64,000 nt of DNA, taken from contig CAZEVN010000002.1 in the NCBI GenBank assembly GCA_964515145.1, forward strand, positions 18,139 through 82,138, in the 5' to 3' direction. The number at the start of each line of letters is the position of its first letter. The stretch's first letter is position 1. Position numbers and translations under genes: made by a program. A model generated the notes under the pieces. It saw only the letters and a program-made list of their open reading frames with translations, was not told the DNA's origin and did no database searches. This document shows positions 38,612 through 48,822 of the stretch, one piece after another. The DNA comes from an uncultured Enemella sp. GTDB lineage: Bacteria > Actinomycetota > Actinomycetes > Propionibacteriales > Propionibacteriaceae.

Positions 38612-38890
38612 ATGACCAAGAAGGAACTCCTGGAAGCCATGGCCGGCGAGGCCGGGATCAGCCAGGCCGATGCAGACAAGGCGCTCGGCGCACTGGTGTC
38701 GGCTGTGACTGCTGCCGTTGCCAAGGGCGATCGTGTCGCGATCCCCGGCCTGGGGACCTTCGAGCGCCGGGAGCGCTCCGCGCGCACCGGCCGCAACCCC
38801 CAGACCGGTGAAGAGATCCAGATCGCCGCGACAAGCGCCCCCGGTTTCAAGCCGGCCGCCCAGTTCAAGGCGACCGTCGCCGGCAAGTGA
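38612..38890 (+). CDS. hup: HU-family nucleoid-associated DNA-binding protein
   Basis: MTKKELLEAMA...GDRVAIPGLGTFERRERSARTGRNPQTGEEIQIAA. 92 aa. Confidence 0.95.
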   Translation: MTKKELLEAMAGEAGISQADADKALGALVSAVTAAVAKGDRVAIPGLGTFERRERSARTGRNPQTGEEIQIAATSAPGFKPAAQFKATVAGK

Positions 38891-38907
38891 CACCCGGCCC
38901 CACAGCT

Positions 38908-38944
38908 CGAACGCCCGCAGCCTCGGCTGTGGGCGTTCGTGGTT
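38908..38944 (+). terminator. Hairpin terminator candidate after hup
   Basis: CGAACGCCCGCAGC-CTCG-GCTGTGGGCGTTCG (14 bp with one G-U pair), followed by TGGTT. The U-tract is weak. Confidence 0.55.
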
Positions 38945-39144
38945 CCGGGCCTCTGCCCAGTCGGCAAGACGTCGCTTCAAGGGGCACGCGTCGGGCGTCG
39001 GAACACGGCAGGATTACGCCTTGGTAACCAACTGCAGCTTGAGGTAGGCCCGGAGCAGACGCGGGCGGTCTCCGGGGTTACAGTGCAGTCGGTTCGGGCG
39101 ATTCCGTCGGGCTCGCGTACACCCTCATCGAGGAGGCAATCCAA

Positions 39145-40266
39145 GTGAACATCCGCAAGTCTTTGCTTGTCGCTCCCGCGCTTCTCGGCGCAACCGCACT
39201 GGCGCTGTCCAGCTGCGCACAGCCGCCGTCCCAGACGTCGGGAGCCACCCCGGGCAGCACCGCTGCGGCCGGTGGCGATTCCGGGGAGTTCAAGGCCTGC
39301 ATGGTCTCCGACGCGGGCGGCTTCGACGACAAGTCGTTCAACCAGACGTCCTACAAGGGCCTCACCGACGCCAAGAGCCAGCTCGGCATCGAGATCGGCC
39401 AGGTCGAGTCGTCCAACACCGCCGACTTCGCCAAGAATATCCAGTCGATGGTGGACGCCAACTGCAACATCATCGTCACGGTCGGCTTCCTGCTGTCGGA
39501 CGACACCATGGCGGCTGCCAAGGCCAACCCCGACATCGAGTTCGCCATCGTCGATGACAACCCCGAGGGTGCCGCCGAGGTCACGAACCTCAAGCCGCTC
39601 GTCTTCAACACCGCCGAGTCGTCGTTCATGGCCGGCTATCTCGCCGCGTCCCAGACCAAGACCGGCAAGGTCGGCACGTTCGGTGGCATGAAGATCCCGA
39701 CCGTCACCATCTTCATGGACGGCTTCGCCCAGGGCGTGAACTATCACAACCAGCAGAAGAACACGTCGGTCCAGGTCCTCGGCTGGGATGCCGGTCGCCA
39801 GGACGGGCAGTTCGTGCCGGGTGCCAACCCGTTCGAGAACGTGGCCGGTGGTCTCCAGACTGCCCAGAACCTGACCTCGCAGGGTGCGGACATCCTCTTC
39901 CCGGTGGCCGGTCCGGCCGGTGAGGGTGCGCTCCAGGCAGCCAAGGCCAGCGGAGGCAACGTCAACGCCATCTGGGTCGATACCGATGGCTGCGAGTCGG
40001 CGTCCGAATATTGCGCCAACATCATGACCTCGGTCTACAAGGGCATGGACGTCGCTGTGTTCGACGCGATCAAGGCGGCCAAGGACGGCCAGTTCTCCAA
40101 CGAGCCGTTCGTCGGCACGCTCGCCAACGACGGCACCGGGCTGTCGCCGTTCCACGAGTTCGATGGCAAGGTCTCGGCCGAGGTCAAGTCGGAACTCGAG
40201 AAGATCCGCGGCGATATCGAGTCGGGCACCATCAAGATCGATTCGGCGAGCCAGCCCAAGAGCTGA
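39145..40266 (+). CDS. BMP-family (PnrA-like) nucleoside-binding lipoprotein of an ABC transporter
   Basis: Lipobox LALSSC. The body is typical of BMP family proteins (DAGGFDDKSFNQ..., GVGFLLSDD). GTG start. Confidence 0.9.
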   Translation: MNIRKSLLVAPALLGATALALSSCAQPPSQTSGATPGSTAAAGGDSGEFKACMVSDAGGFDDKSFNQTSYKGLTDAKSQLGIEIGQVESSNTADFAKNIQSMVDANCNIIVTVGFLLSDDTMAAAKANPDIEFAIVDDNPEGAAEVTNLKPLVFNTAESSFMAGYLAASQTKTGKVGTFGGMKIPTVTIFMDGFAQGVNYHNQQKNTSVQVLGWDAGRQDGQFVPGANPFENVAGGLQTAQNLTSQGADILFPVAGPAGEGALQAAKASGGNVNAIWVDTDGCESASEYCANIMTSVYKGMDVAVFDAIKAAKDGQFSNEPFVGTLANDGTGLSPFHEFDGKVSAEVKSELEKIRGDIESGTIKIDSASQPKS

Positions 40267-40340
40267 TTTCGTCAACCGGCCCGGCGTGCAGGGAACTCCC
40301 TGCGCGCCGGGTCGCTCAGCCTCTGCACGTGAGGATCCGT

Positions 40341-41906
40341 ATGCCAGTCAAGGACGCGGCGGCCGATCTGCGGCTCGTCGGAATCACCAAGCGCTTCGGC
40401 ACCCTGGTTGCCAACGATTCGATCGACCTCACCATCCGCCCCGGCGAGATCCACTGCCTGCTGGGCGAGAACGGTGCCGGCAAGTCGACGCTGATGAACG
40501 TTCTCTATGGGCTGCTGCAGCCCGACGAGGGCGAGATCCTCATCGGGGAGACCCCCTTGCAGGTGGGCAACCCCAAGCAGGCCATGGCTGCGGGCATCGG
40601 CATGGTCCACCAGCACTTCATGCTCGTCGACGTCTTCACCGTGGCCGAGAACATCGCCCTCGGTCGGGAGCAGGGCGCGATGGGCATTCTCGATCGCCGC
40701 GCCGCCCGGTCGCTGGTGTCCGATCTGGCCAAGCGCTATCGCTTCGATGTGGATCCCGATGCCGTGGTCGAGGACCTGCCGGTGGGCGTACAACAGCGGG
40801 TAGAAATCATCAAGGCCCTCGCCAACGACGCGACCTATCTCGTCTTCGACGAGCCCACTGCCGTCCTCACGCCGCAGGAGATCGACGAACTCATGGCGGT
40901 GATGCAGTCGCTCCGCGACGAGGGGCGCGCCATCGTGTTCATCACTCACAAGCTCCGCGAAGTGCGCGCCATCGCCGACCGGATCACCGTCATCCGACGC
41001 GGGGCCGTGGTCGGCGAAGCCGAACCCGGAGCCTCCGAGGCCGAACTTGCGGAGATGATGGTCGGCCGCGCCGTCCAACTGACCGTGGACAAGGACCCCG
41101 CCAAGCCCGGAGAGTCACGACTGGTCGTGGATGGGCTGCGTGTGCTCAGCCCCGGCGGTTCGGTGGTCGTCGACGACCTCAGCGTCGAGGTGGCCGGTGG
41201 GGAGATCCTCTGCGTGGCCGGGGTGCAGGGCAACGGGCAGACCGAGTTGGCCGAGGCGTTGCTCGGCATCACACCTGTCAGCGGTGGAAGAATCACGCTC
41301 GACGGCACCGACATCACGCGCTTCAACCCGAAGCAGACGCTCGACGCGGGCGTGGGTTTCGTGCCCGAGGACCGCAAGCACGACGGCTTCGTCGGCACGT
41401 TCTCGGTGGCCGAGAACCTGGTGCTCAACACGTTCGACGAGAAGCCGTATGCGAAGGGGCTTTCCCTGGACCTGCCCCTCATCCGCCAGCACGCGGAGGA
41501 GAAGGTCAAGGAGTTCGACATTCGCACGCAGTCGATCGCCAGCCCCGTCGGCTCCCTGTCCGGCGGCAACCAGCAGAAGGTCGTGCTGGCGCGGGAACTG
41601 TCCCGGCCGCTGGCCCTGCTCGTGGCGTCCCAGCCGACGCGTGGTGTCGATGTCGGCGCGATCGAGTTCCTGCACGAGCGCATCGTCGCGGAGCGCGATC
41701 GCGGCACGGCGGTCGTGATCGTGTCGACCGAGCTGGATGAGGTCGCGGCCCTGGCGGATCGCATCGCGGTCATGTATCGCGGGCGAATCGTCGGCGTCGT
41801 GCCCCCGAACACCTCCCGGGAAGCGCTCGGTCTGATGATGGCCGGCGTACCCGAATCCGAAGCCCTCGCCCAGACCGCCACGCCCGACCCGAAGGACCTG
41901 CGATGA
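40341..41906 (+). CDS. ABC transporter ATP-binding protein with two NBDs
   Basis: Walker A motifs GENGAGKST and GVQGNGQTEL. Signature motif LSGGNQQK. Confidence 0.95.
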   Translation: MPVKDAAADLRLVGITKRFGTLVANDSIDLTIRPGEIHCLLGENGAGKSTLMNVLYGLLQPDEGEILIGETPLQVGNPKQAMAAGIGMVHQHFMLVDVFTVAENIALGREQGAMGILDRRAARSLVSDLAKRYRFDVDPDAVVEDLPVGVQQRVEIIKALANDATYLVFDEPTAVLTPQEIDELMAVMQSLRDEGRAIVFITHKLREVRAIADRITVIRRGAVVGEAEPGASEAELAEMMVGRAVQLTVDKDPAKPGESRLVVDGLRVLSPGGSVVVDDLSVEVAGGEILCVAGVQGNGQTELAEALLGITPVSGGRITLDGTDITRFNPKQTLDAGVGFVPEDRKHDGFVGTFSVAENLVLNTFDEKPYAKGLSLDLPLIRQHAEEKVKEFDIRTQSIASPVGSLSGGNQQKVVLARELSRPLALLVASQPTRGVDVGAIEFLHERIVAERDRGTAVVIVSTELDEVAALADRIAVMYRGRIVGVVPPNTSREALGLMMAGVPESEALAQTATPDPKDLR

Positions 41907-43108
41907 CTCAATCAGCGGCGCCACCACCCGCCGCGCGCGCGTTCTGGCGTCGACCCACCATTCCCTGGGCCGAGATCGTGACCACGCTCGTGGCGTTCGT
42001 TCTGGCTTTCGCGGTCGGTGCGGTGCTGATGGTCGTGTCGGATGCCGACGTGGCAGCGAAGTGGGCATATTTCTTCGCCCAGCCAGGTGACGCGCTGTCG
42101 GCGTCCTTGGAGAAGGTTTCCAGCGCCTATTCAGCCCTTCTCGTCGGCTCGATCGGTGGGTGGGGCCCGATCACCGAAACCACAGCCCAGGCGGCCCCGC
42201 TGATCTGCGCGGGACTCGGCGTCGGGCTGGCGTTCCGCGCGGGCCTGTTCAATATCGGTGCCCAGGGGCAGGCGATCTGGGGCGCGATCCTCGCCGCCTA
42301 TGTGGGCTTCACCTGGCATCTCCCGCCGGTTCTGCACCTCCTGGTGGCCATCATGATGGGCCTTCTGGGTGGTGCCGTCTGGGGCGGCATCGTGGGCTGG
42401 CTCAAGGCCCGCGCGGGAGCCCACGAAGTCATCGTGACGATCATGATGAACTACATCGCGATCGGCCTGCTGGCCTGGCTGCTCACGACCACCGCCTTCC
42501 AGCGTCCGGGTCGGGCTGATCCGATCTCGCCCATCGTCGACTGGAATGCCACCCTGCCCCGGATCGAGGGCAGCCGCCTCCACCTGGGCTTCCTGATCGC
42601 CCTCATCGCCGCAGTCTTCGTCTGGTGGCTGCTGGATCGCTCGACGATCGGCTTCGCCATCCGCGCCGTGGGCGCCAACCCCCACGCTGCGGCCACGGCC
42701 GGCATGAGCGTCGGGCGGACGACGGTGATCACCATGACGGTGGCCGGCGCCCTGGCCGGGCTCGCGGGCGTGCAGTTCGCCCTCGGCCCGAGCGTGTTGG
42801 GTACGCCGGTTCCGCTGTCGGCGGGGCTGGTCGGCACGGTTGGCTTCGATGCCATCACCGTCGCGCTGCTCGGCCGTTCGCGGCCGTTCGGCACGGTCCT
42901 GGCAGGGTTGCTCTTCGGCGGCCTGCACGCCGGTGGTCTGGCGATGCAGTCCATGGCCGGCACACCTCTGACTCTCACCACGGTGCTGCAGGCCCTCATC
43001 GTTCTTTTCGTCGCGGCTCCCGGTCTGGTGCGGACCATCGTCCCCATCCTCAAGGGCCGCCGGGTGCGGTCGCTCACCGGCAGCGCGCAGACAGGAGCTC
43101 TCTCGTGA
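41903..43108 (+). CDS. ABC transporter permease (BMP-type system)
   Basis: 401 aa and polytopic. 4-nt overlap with the ATPase gene. Confidence 0.9.
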   Translation: MTQSAAPPPAARAFWRRPTIPWAEIVTTLVAFVLAFAVGAVLMVVSDADVAAKWAYFFAQPGDALSASLEKVSSAYSALLVGSIGGWGPITETTAQAAPLICAGLGVGLAFRAGLFNIGAQGQAIWGAILAAYVGFTWHLPPVLHLLVAIMMGLLGGAVWGGIVGWLKARAGAHEVIVTIMMNYIAIGLLAWLLTTTAFQRPGRADPISPIVDWNATLPRIEGSRLHLGFLIALIAAVFVWWLLDRSTIGFAIRAVGANPHAAATAGMSVGRTTVITMTVAGALAGLAGVQFALGPSVLGTPVPLSAGLVGTVGFDAITVALLGRSRPFGTVLAGLLFGGLHAGGLAMQSMAGTPLTLTTVLQALIVLFVAAPGLVRTIVPILKGRRVRSLTGSAQTGALS

Positions 43109-44487
43109 CCGATTCGCATGAGCCCTGGCCCACTGTTCCGGGTGCCAACCAGCGGCCGCCCGCGGAACCGTCCGCCACCGAGCCACCTGCAGCGCCGGGC
43201 AGGGGTGAACACACCGCACCCGAACCGCACACGCCCGAAAAAGCCGAATCACGGGCTGCGCGCAGCCAACGACTGTCCACGTCGGCGCTGATCCTCGTGG
43301 TGGGCGCGCTGCTGTTGGTGTTGACGTTCTTCACCTCTGGCACCGCCCGATTCGCCCTGTCGAATGCCTTCGACGAGGTCCAGCTCCCCACCGTGGGACT
43401 GCCCGGCCTGCCCGTCGTGCTGATCAGCGCGCTGGCCTGTCTCGGTGCCGGCATCGGGCTCCTCTCCGGCCGATTGTCGGGTCGGTTGCCAGCGCTCGCC
43501 GGCACGGTCGCGGGCATTGCGGTCGTGCTCGGGTTCCTCACCTGGGCGGCCGCGGGACGCGACCTGCCGTTCCCGGTGTCCAACCAGTTCAACGGCACGC
43601 TGTCTCTGGCGACCCCGCTGATCCTGGGGGCGCTGGCGGGCGTACTCTGCGAGCGGTCCGGCATCGTCAACGTCGCCATCGAGGGCCAGTTCCTCACCGC
43701 AGCCTTCGCTGCCGCTGTCGTCGGCTCGGTCACCAAGTCGATTCCCGCGGCGCTCATCGCCGGCGTGATCGCGGGCATGCTGATGGGCGCGATGCTGGCG
43801 CTGTTCGCGATCAAATATCTGGTCGATCAGGTGGTTCTGGGCGTCGTGATCAACCTGTTCGCAGCGGGTCTGACGGGCTTCCTGTTCGACCAATTGGTCC
43901 AGCCCAATTCCCGGGAATTCAATGCGTCGCCGATCATGTCGCAGCTGCCGATCCCGTGGCTGTCGGATATCCCGTTCTTCGGGCCGATCCTGTTCAAGCA
44001 GACGATCCTGGCCTATCTGGCGGTCATGTCCGTCTTCGTGGTCTGGTTCCTGCTCTATCGCACCAAATGGGGCCTGCGCGTCCGGGCCGTGGGCGAGCAT
44101 CCCGAGGCGGCCGACACGGTCGGCATCCGCGTACGCGCGACGCGCTGGTCGGCAGTCCTTGTCGGCGGCGTGTTTGCCGGGCTGGGGGGTGCCTTCTTCA
44201 CGATCGGGTCCACCGGTGCCTTCTCCAAGGACCTCACCGTCGGCAACGGATTCATCGCCCTTGCCGCGCTGATCATGGGACGCTGGCATCCGATCTGGGC
44301 GACGGTCATGGCGCTCTTCTTCGGGTTCGTCACCCAGATGGCGTCGCAGCTGCAGACGTTGTCGACCCCGGTGCCGAGCCAGTTCCTGCTCATGCTTCCC
44401 TATGTGGCAACCATCATCGCTGTCGCGGGGCTGGTCGGTCGAGTGAGGGCCCCGGCCGCCGACGGCGTGCCCTACACGAAACCGTGA
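43105..44487 (+). CDS. ABC transporter permease with Pro-rich N-terminal extension
   Basis: GTG 43105 overlaps the stop at 43106-43108. Polytopic from about residue 70. Confidence 0.85.
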   Translation: MTDSHEPWPTVPGANQRPPAEPSATEPPAAPGRGEHTAPEPHTPEKAESRAARSQRLSTSALILVVGALLLVLTFFTSGTARFALSNAFDEVQLPTVGLPGLPVVLISALACLGAGIGLLSGRLSGRLPALAGTVAGIAVVLGFLTWAAAGRDLPFPVSNQFNGTLSLATPLILGALAGVLCERSGIVNVAIEGQFLTAAFAAAVVGSVTKSIPAALIAGVIAGMLMGAMLALFAIKYLVDQVVLGVVINLFAAGLTGFLFDQLVQPNSREFNASPIMSQLPIPWLSDIPFFGPILFKQTILAYLAVMSVFVVWFLLYRTKWGLRVRAVGEHPEAADTVGIRVRATRWSAVLVGGVFAGLGGAFFTIGSTGAFSKDLTVGNGFIALAALIMGRWHPIWATVMALFFGFVTQMASQLQTLSTPVPSQFLLMLPYVATIIAVAGLVGRVRAPAADGVPYTKP

Positions 44488-44495
44488 GGTGAGTT

Positions 44496-45308
44496 GTGTC
44501 CGATCAGGCCGCTCAGCGTTTTCCGACGATCTATCTGACCCACGGTGGTGGTCCGTGCTTCTTCATGGACTGGGATCCTGCCGACACCTGGGACGGCCTG
44601 CGGGCCGGACTGGAATCCATCCGGACGCTGCTGCCCTCGCCGCCCAGGGCCATCGTCTGCATCACCGCCCACTGGGAGGAGGCGCCGATCGCCGTCGAGG
44701 TGGGGGAGCGTCCGGAGTTGGTGTTCGACTACTACGGTTTCCCGCCCCATACCTATGAGCTGACCTATCCTGCGCCGGGCGATCCTGCGCTGGCCGCTCG
44801 AGTCCTGGACCTGCTCACCGGTGCGGGGCTCGCGGCGCAGCCGGCCGGTCGGGGCTGGGATCACGGGGTGTTCGTGCCGCTCAAGGTGGCCTATCCCGAG
44901 GCCGAAATCCCGCTGGTTGCCGTGTCGCTGCAGGCAGGCCTCGACCCGGCCGCACACCTGGCGATGGGGGCTGCGCTCGCGCCGCTGCGCGACGAGGGCG
45001 TACTCCTCATCGGCAGTGGCTCCAGCTTCCACAATCTGCGGGCCTGGGGACCCGTCGGCGCAGCTTCCGCCAAGGAGTTCGACGACTGGCTGCAGGATGT
45101 CCTGCCCGCCGGGGGCGAGCGTCGTGCCCGGGAGCTCCGGGACTGGTCCGCAGCCCCCGGAGCTCGGGTCGCGCACCCCCGCGAGGAGCATCTGCTGCCG
45201 CTCCATGTCGTGGCGGGTGCCGCGGGCGATGAGCCCGGCCGGGCCTTCTTGGACGAACCCGTCATGGGGATGCAGATGTCGTGCTGGATCTTCGGGGAGT
45301 CGGCGTGA
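44496..45308 (+). CDS. Class III (LigB/YgiD-type) extradiol dioxygenase
   Basis: IYLTHGGGPCFF...CITAHWEE...FDYYGFPPHTYEL...LIGSGSSFHNL is the pattern of 4,5-DOPA-dioxygenase-like proteins. Confidence 0.8.
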   Translation: MSDQAAQRFPTIYLTHGGGPCFFMDWDPADTWDGLRAGLESIRTLLPSPPRAIVCITAHWEEAPIAVEVGERPELVFDYYGFPPHTYELTYPAPGDPALAARVLDLLTGAGLAAQPAGRGWDHGVFVPLKVAYPEAEIPLVAVSLQAGLDPAAHLAMGAALAPLRDEGVLLIGSGSSFHNLRAWGPVGAASAKEFDDWLQDVLPAGGERRARELRDWSAAPGARVAHPREEHLLPLHVVAGAAGDEPGRAFLDEPVMGMQMSCWIFGESA

Positions 45309-45742
45309 GGTTCGATCTCGACGACCTGCCCGGCTCGTTCGATTGGGACGCGTTGCGTTCTGCTGCGCGCGAGGCGTGTGCCCGGGCGTACGCTCCCTAT
45401 TCCAACTTTCCGGTCGGGGCCGCCGCCTTTGTCGACGACGGCCGCATCGTGGTGGGCTGCAACGTGGAGAACGCCTCCTATGGCGTGGGGCTCTGCGCCG
45501 AGTGCGGTTTGGTCTCGGCGCTGCATGCGAGCGGTGGCGGGCGGCTCGTGGCCTTCGCCTGTGTGGATGCGACCGGCGCGGCGCTGATGCCCTGTGGCCG
45601 CTGTCGCCAGCTGCTCTGGGAGCACGGGGGAGCTGAGCTCATGGTGGACACGCCGGAGGGCGTCCTGCCCATGACAGCCGTGCTGCCGCAGGCCTTCGGT
45701 GGCGATGACCTGGAGCGGGTGGCCGCTGCCAGGGAGGTCTGA
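45305..45742 (+). CDS. cdd: Cytidine deaminase
   Basis: Zinc ligand motifs CAECGLV and PCGRCRQ. GTG 45305 overlaps the upstream stop. Confidence 0.9.
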   Translation: MRFDLDDLPGSFDWDALRSAAREACARAYAPYSNFPVGAAAFVDDGRIVVGCNVENASYGVGLCAECGLVSALHASGGGRLVAFACVDATGAALMPCGRCRQLLWEHGGAELMVDTPEGVLPMTAVLPQAFGGDDLERVAAAREV

Positions 45743-45779
45743 ACAAGCGTTACGGACGCCGGTCAGTTTCGTGGAAACC

Positions 45780-45813
45780 TTGATTAATTACGAAAAAAGC
45801 GTGTAATTATAAT
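45780..45813 (+). promoter_or_regulatory. AT-rich candidate promoter of ctaD (TTGATT-16 nt-TGTAAT), consistent with a leaderless ATG at 45814
   Basis: TTGATTAATTACGAAAAAAGCGTGTAATTATAAT immediately precedes the ATG. There is no room for an SD. Confidence 0.4.
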
Positions 45814-47526
45814 ATGGCATCCTCGACGGCTGAACCCCAGGCAGTCGTGCGCGAAGCTATTTCTGTCGCACCGAAGCGACGCGCGCTCGGCAAATTCCTG
45901 GTCGACACGATCAGCAGCACTGATCACAAGGTGATCGGGCGGCTCTATCTGGGCACGTCGTTCCTGTATTTCATGATCGGCGGCGTGATGGCCCTCACGA
46001 TCCGTGCGGAACTGGCCTTTCCCGGCATGCAATTCGTGGAGCGCAACGTCTTCAACCAGCTGTTCACCAACCACGGCACGATCATGCTGCTGTTGTTTGC
46101 GACGCCCCTGTTCGCGGGCTTCGCCAACATGATCATGCCGATCCAGATCGGGGCACCCGATGTGGCGTTCCCGCGGCTGAACGCCTTCTCCTACTGGCTG
46201 TATTTCGTGGGCGGACTCATCGTGATGTCCGGCTGGCTGACGGCCGAGGGGCCGGCGGCCTTCGGGTGGTTCGCCTATGTGCCTCTGTCGAATGAGGTGC
46301 ACAACCCTGGGATCGGCGGCGACCTCTGGTTGATGGGTCTCTATCTGGTCGGCCTGTCGTCCATTCTTGGCGCGGTCAACTTCATCACCACCATCGCCTG
46401 CCTGCGTGCCCCGGGCATGACGATGTTCCGCATGTCCATCTTCACCTGGAACGTCCTGGTGACGTCGCTGATGGTGCTCGTCGTCTTCCCGGTCCTCGGT
46501 GCCGCGCTGCTCGTGCTCGAGGCGGACCGGCGTCTGGGGACCCATGTGTTCGATCCCGCCAACGGCGGCCCGATCCTCTGGCAACACCTCTTCTGGTTCT
46601 TCGGCCATCCCGAGGTATATGTCGTTGCGATCCCGTTCTTCGGGATCATCACCGAGATCATCCCGGTCTTCAGCCGCAAGCCCGTCTTCGGCTATATCGG
46701 CTTGGTCGGCGCGACCTTCGGGATCGCCGCTCTGTCGATGGCGGTCTGGGCGCACCACATGTTCGCCACAGGTGCGATCTCCCTGCCGTTCTTTGCGTTC
46801 ATGAGCTATCTGATCGCGATTCCCACCGGGGTGAAGTTCTTCAACTGGATCGGCACGATGTGGCGAGGATCGGTGAGCTTTGACACGCCGATGCTCTGGG
46901 CTGCGGGATTCCTGACGACATTCCTGTTCGGTGGCCTGACGGGCATCATGCTGGCGAGTCCGCCGCTGGACTTCCAGGTGACGGATACCTATTTCGTCGT
47001 GGCCCATTTCCACTATGTGCTGTTCGGCACCGTGGTGTTCGCGATGTTCGGTGGGTTCTATTTCTGGTGGTCCAAGATGACCGGTCGCATGCTCAACGAA
47101 ACCTGGGGCAAGGTGCATTTCTGGATGGTCTTCATCGGGTTCCACACGACGTTCCTCGTGCAGCACTGGCTGGGCGTCGAGGGCATGCCGCGGCGCTATG
47201 CCGACTATCTCCCCAACGAGGGCTTCACCACGCTCAACCAGATCTCGACCGTTGGTGCGGCCATCCTCGGGCTGTCGATGATTCCGTTCGCGTACGCCAT
47301 CTGGCGCTCGGTGCCCGTATCCCGCGACGTGGAGGACCCGTGGGGTTGGGGCCGGTCCCTGGAGTGGGCGACCACCTCCCCGCCGCCTCGCGCGAACTTC
47401 CACCGGCTGCCGGCCATCCGGTCCGAGTCGCCCGCCTTCGACAAGCACCACCCCGAGGTGGGGTCGTTCGAGCCCTATGACGAGTTCAGGCAGCTGACGG
47501 GAGCTGACCGGAACGACTCGACCTGA
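45814..47526 (+). CDS. ctaD: Cytochrome c oxidase (aa3-type) subunit I
   Basis: [10 protein letters not shown] and WAHHMF heme/copper ligand motifs. 570 aa with 12 or more TM helices. Confidence 0.95.
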   Translation: MASSTAEPQAVVREAISVAPKRRALGKFLVDTISSTDHKVIGRLYLGTSFLYFMIGGVMALTIRAELAFPGMQFVERNVFNQLFTNHGTIMLLLFATPLFAGFANMIMPIQIGAPDVAFPRLNAFSYWLYFVGGLIVMSGWLTAEGPAAFGWFAYVPLSNEVHNPGIGGDLWLMGLYLVGLSSILGAVNFITTIACLRAPGMTMFRMSIFTWNVLVTSLMVLVVFPVLGAALLVLEADRRLGTHVFDPANGGPILWQHLFWFFGHPEVYVVAIPFFGIITEIIPVFSRKPVFGYIGLVGATFGIAALSMAVWAHHMFATGAISLPFFAFMSYLIAIPTGVKFFNWIGTMWRGSVSFDTPMLWAAGFLTTFLFGGLTGIMLASPPLDFQVTDTYFVVAHFHYVLFGTVVFAMFGGFYFWWSKMTGRMLNETWGKVHFWMVFIGFHTTFLVQHWLGVEGMPRRYADYLPNEGFTTLNQISTVGAAILGLSMIPFAYAIWRSVPVSRDVEDPWGWGRSLEWATTSPPPRANFHRLPAIRSESPAFDKHHPEVGSFEPYDEFRQLTGADRNDST

Positions 47527-47674
47527 CGGACTGTCCCGCAAGACAGGAGGCGTGCGGCGACGTTGGCGGCCTTGGACATGCGGCAGTAAGCGTTCGGGGC
47601 GGAGCCCGGTGGCCAGGCTCAGATTGCCTCTTGATCCCATGCGGTGTTGGGGAGTGCCAGTGCAGTGAGCTTGC

Positions 47675-48080
47675 CGACCTCGGCGCTGGGTGGGTGACAT
47701 GGTGGGTCCTATTCAGCTGTCCTCCCGCGGCGCAGGTGTCGGCCCATTCAGCTTGCCCTCCCGCGGCGGCGGCGTACGAACACTGCCTAGCCCGCCGAGA
47801 AACCAGGAATCGGGGGGAGAAACCCGTTGTTCAGCTTGTGTTCATGGCAGTCAGCGCCCGTTGACCGCTTGAGCTTGCGCTGCCTCGGGCCTGAATTCCA
47901 TCCAGCTTGCCCTCGCCGACTCCGCCCCCGGTGCACGGGGCGCTTTAGACGCGAGGACAAGCTGATTGAGATGGGGCCCAAGCTGAAGCGGTTTGCGGGA
48001 GCTGAAGAGGCTGACGCGAGCTCAAGAGGCGGGCGGGGCTGAAGGGCCCCAGGGGAAAGGGCAAGCTCAAGACGTCAAGG
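47675..48080 (+). repeat. Modular non-coding element, copy B (paralogous to 19274-19630)
   Basis: Same module order as copy A, with one extra ATTCAGC box. Core at 47883-47964. Iterons at 47981-48071. Confidence 0.75.
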
Positions 48081-48369
48081 GCCCTGGGCGTCCGGGGAGC
48101 GGCAGTGGCGGCGTACCCGGAGGGCCGGATCTGTCTGGCTGACACCGAGCGGAGGCGACACGCCGGGCCGGCGGGGGCTGTTGTGCCAGAAGTCACGAGT
48201 TCGGATTGGGCGCGCGGTGTCGGGCTGGAAGTCGTGCCATCTGCCACGGCCGGATCCATCCGCCGGCGTGTCGCGGTCTCATCCGATGGGCTCACGAGGC
48301 TGGTGGGCCCGTGACCGGGAATACCTGAGCACCCGATATTCCGGACGGCTGCCCAGGCTCCGGCAGGGT

Positions 48370-48723
48370 TCACTCGGAGTCGGTCACATGCTCCCGTGGC
48401 ACGGCCGTGAGCAGGACGACGGAGTCCTCGAGCGCGTGGAGCGAATGGCGCTTCCGCGGGATCTCGATCAGGTCGCCGGTGCGGCCCTGCGCGCTCCCGG
48501 CGTCCCAGTCGAGTGACACATGCCCCCGGATGACGTGGAGTGTGGCCTCGCCGGGGGATTCGTGCTCGGCCAGCGAGCTGTCGGCCAGGAGGGCGATGAG
48601 GGTTTGGCGCATGATGTAGTCGTGGCCCCCGACAATGGTCCGGGCGCTCCGCCGGGCACGACTTCCATTGGCGTCGGAGAGGAGCTCTTCGGACAACTGG
48701 GCGAGCGAAACCGGTTCGGTCAT
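48370..48723 (-). CDS. Cupin-domain protein
   Basis: 117 aa. HESPGEATLHVIRGHV...GDLIEIPRKRHSLHAL cupin motifs. Confidence 0.75.
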   Translation of the reverse strand: MTEPVSLAQLSEELLSDANGSRARRSARTIVGGHDYIMRQTLIALLADSSLAEHESPGEATLHVIRGHVSLDWDAGSAQGRTGDLIEIPRKRHSLHALEDSVVLLTAVPREHVTDSE

Positions 48724-48822
48724 GATTCCTCCGAGAGTCGGGCGGATGGATTTTGAGACGATAAGTCCGTTTCAAACTTAACCCGCGGTTCGCAAGGCTG
48801 CAATGGACCGCGGTCAGGGTGA

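Noticed and set aside
45766-45778. parS-like sequence (GTTTCGTGGAAAC versus GTTTCACGTGAAAC)
   Set aside because: It is one base shorter than the parS palindrome and has a different centre. It is better treated as an unassigned operator candidate.
45784-47700. 638-aa minus-strand ORF antisense to ctaD
   Set aside because: Shadow ORF. The ctaD heme/copper motifs are on the plus strand.
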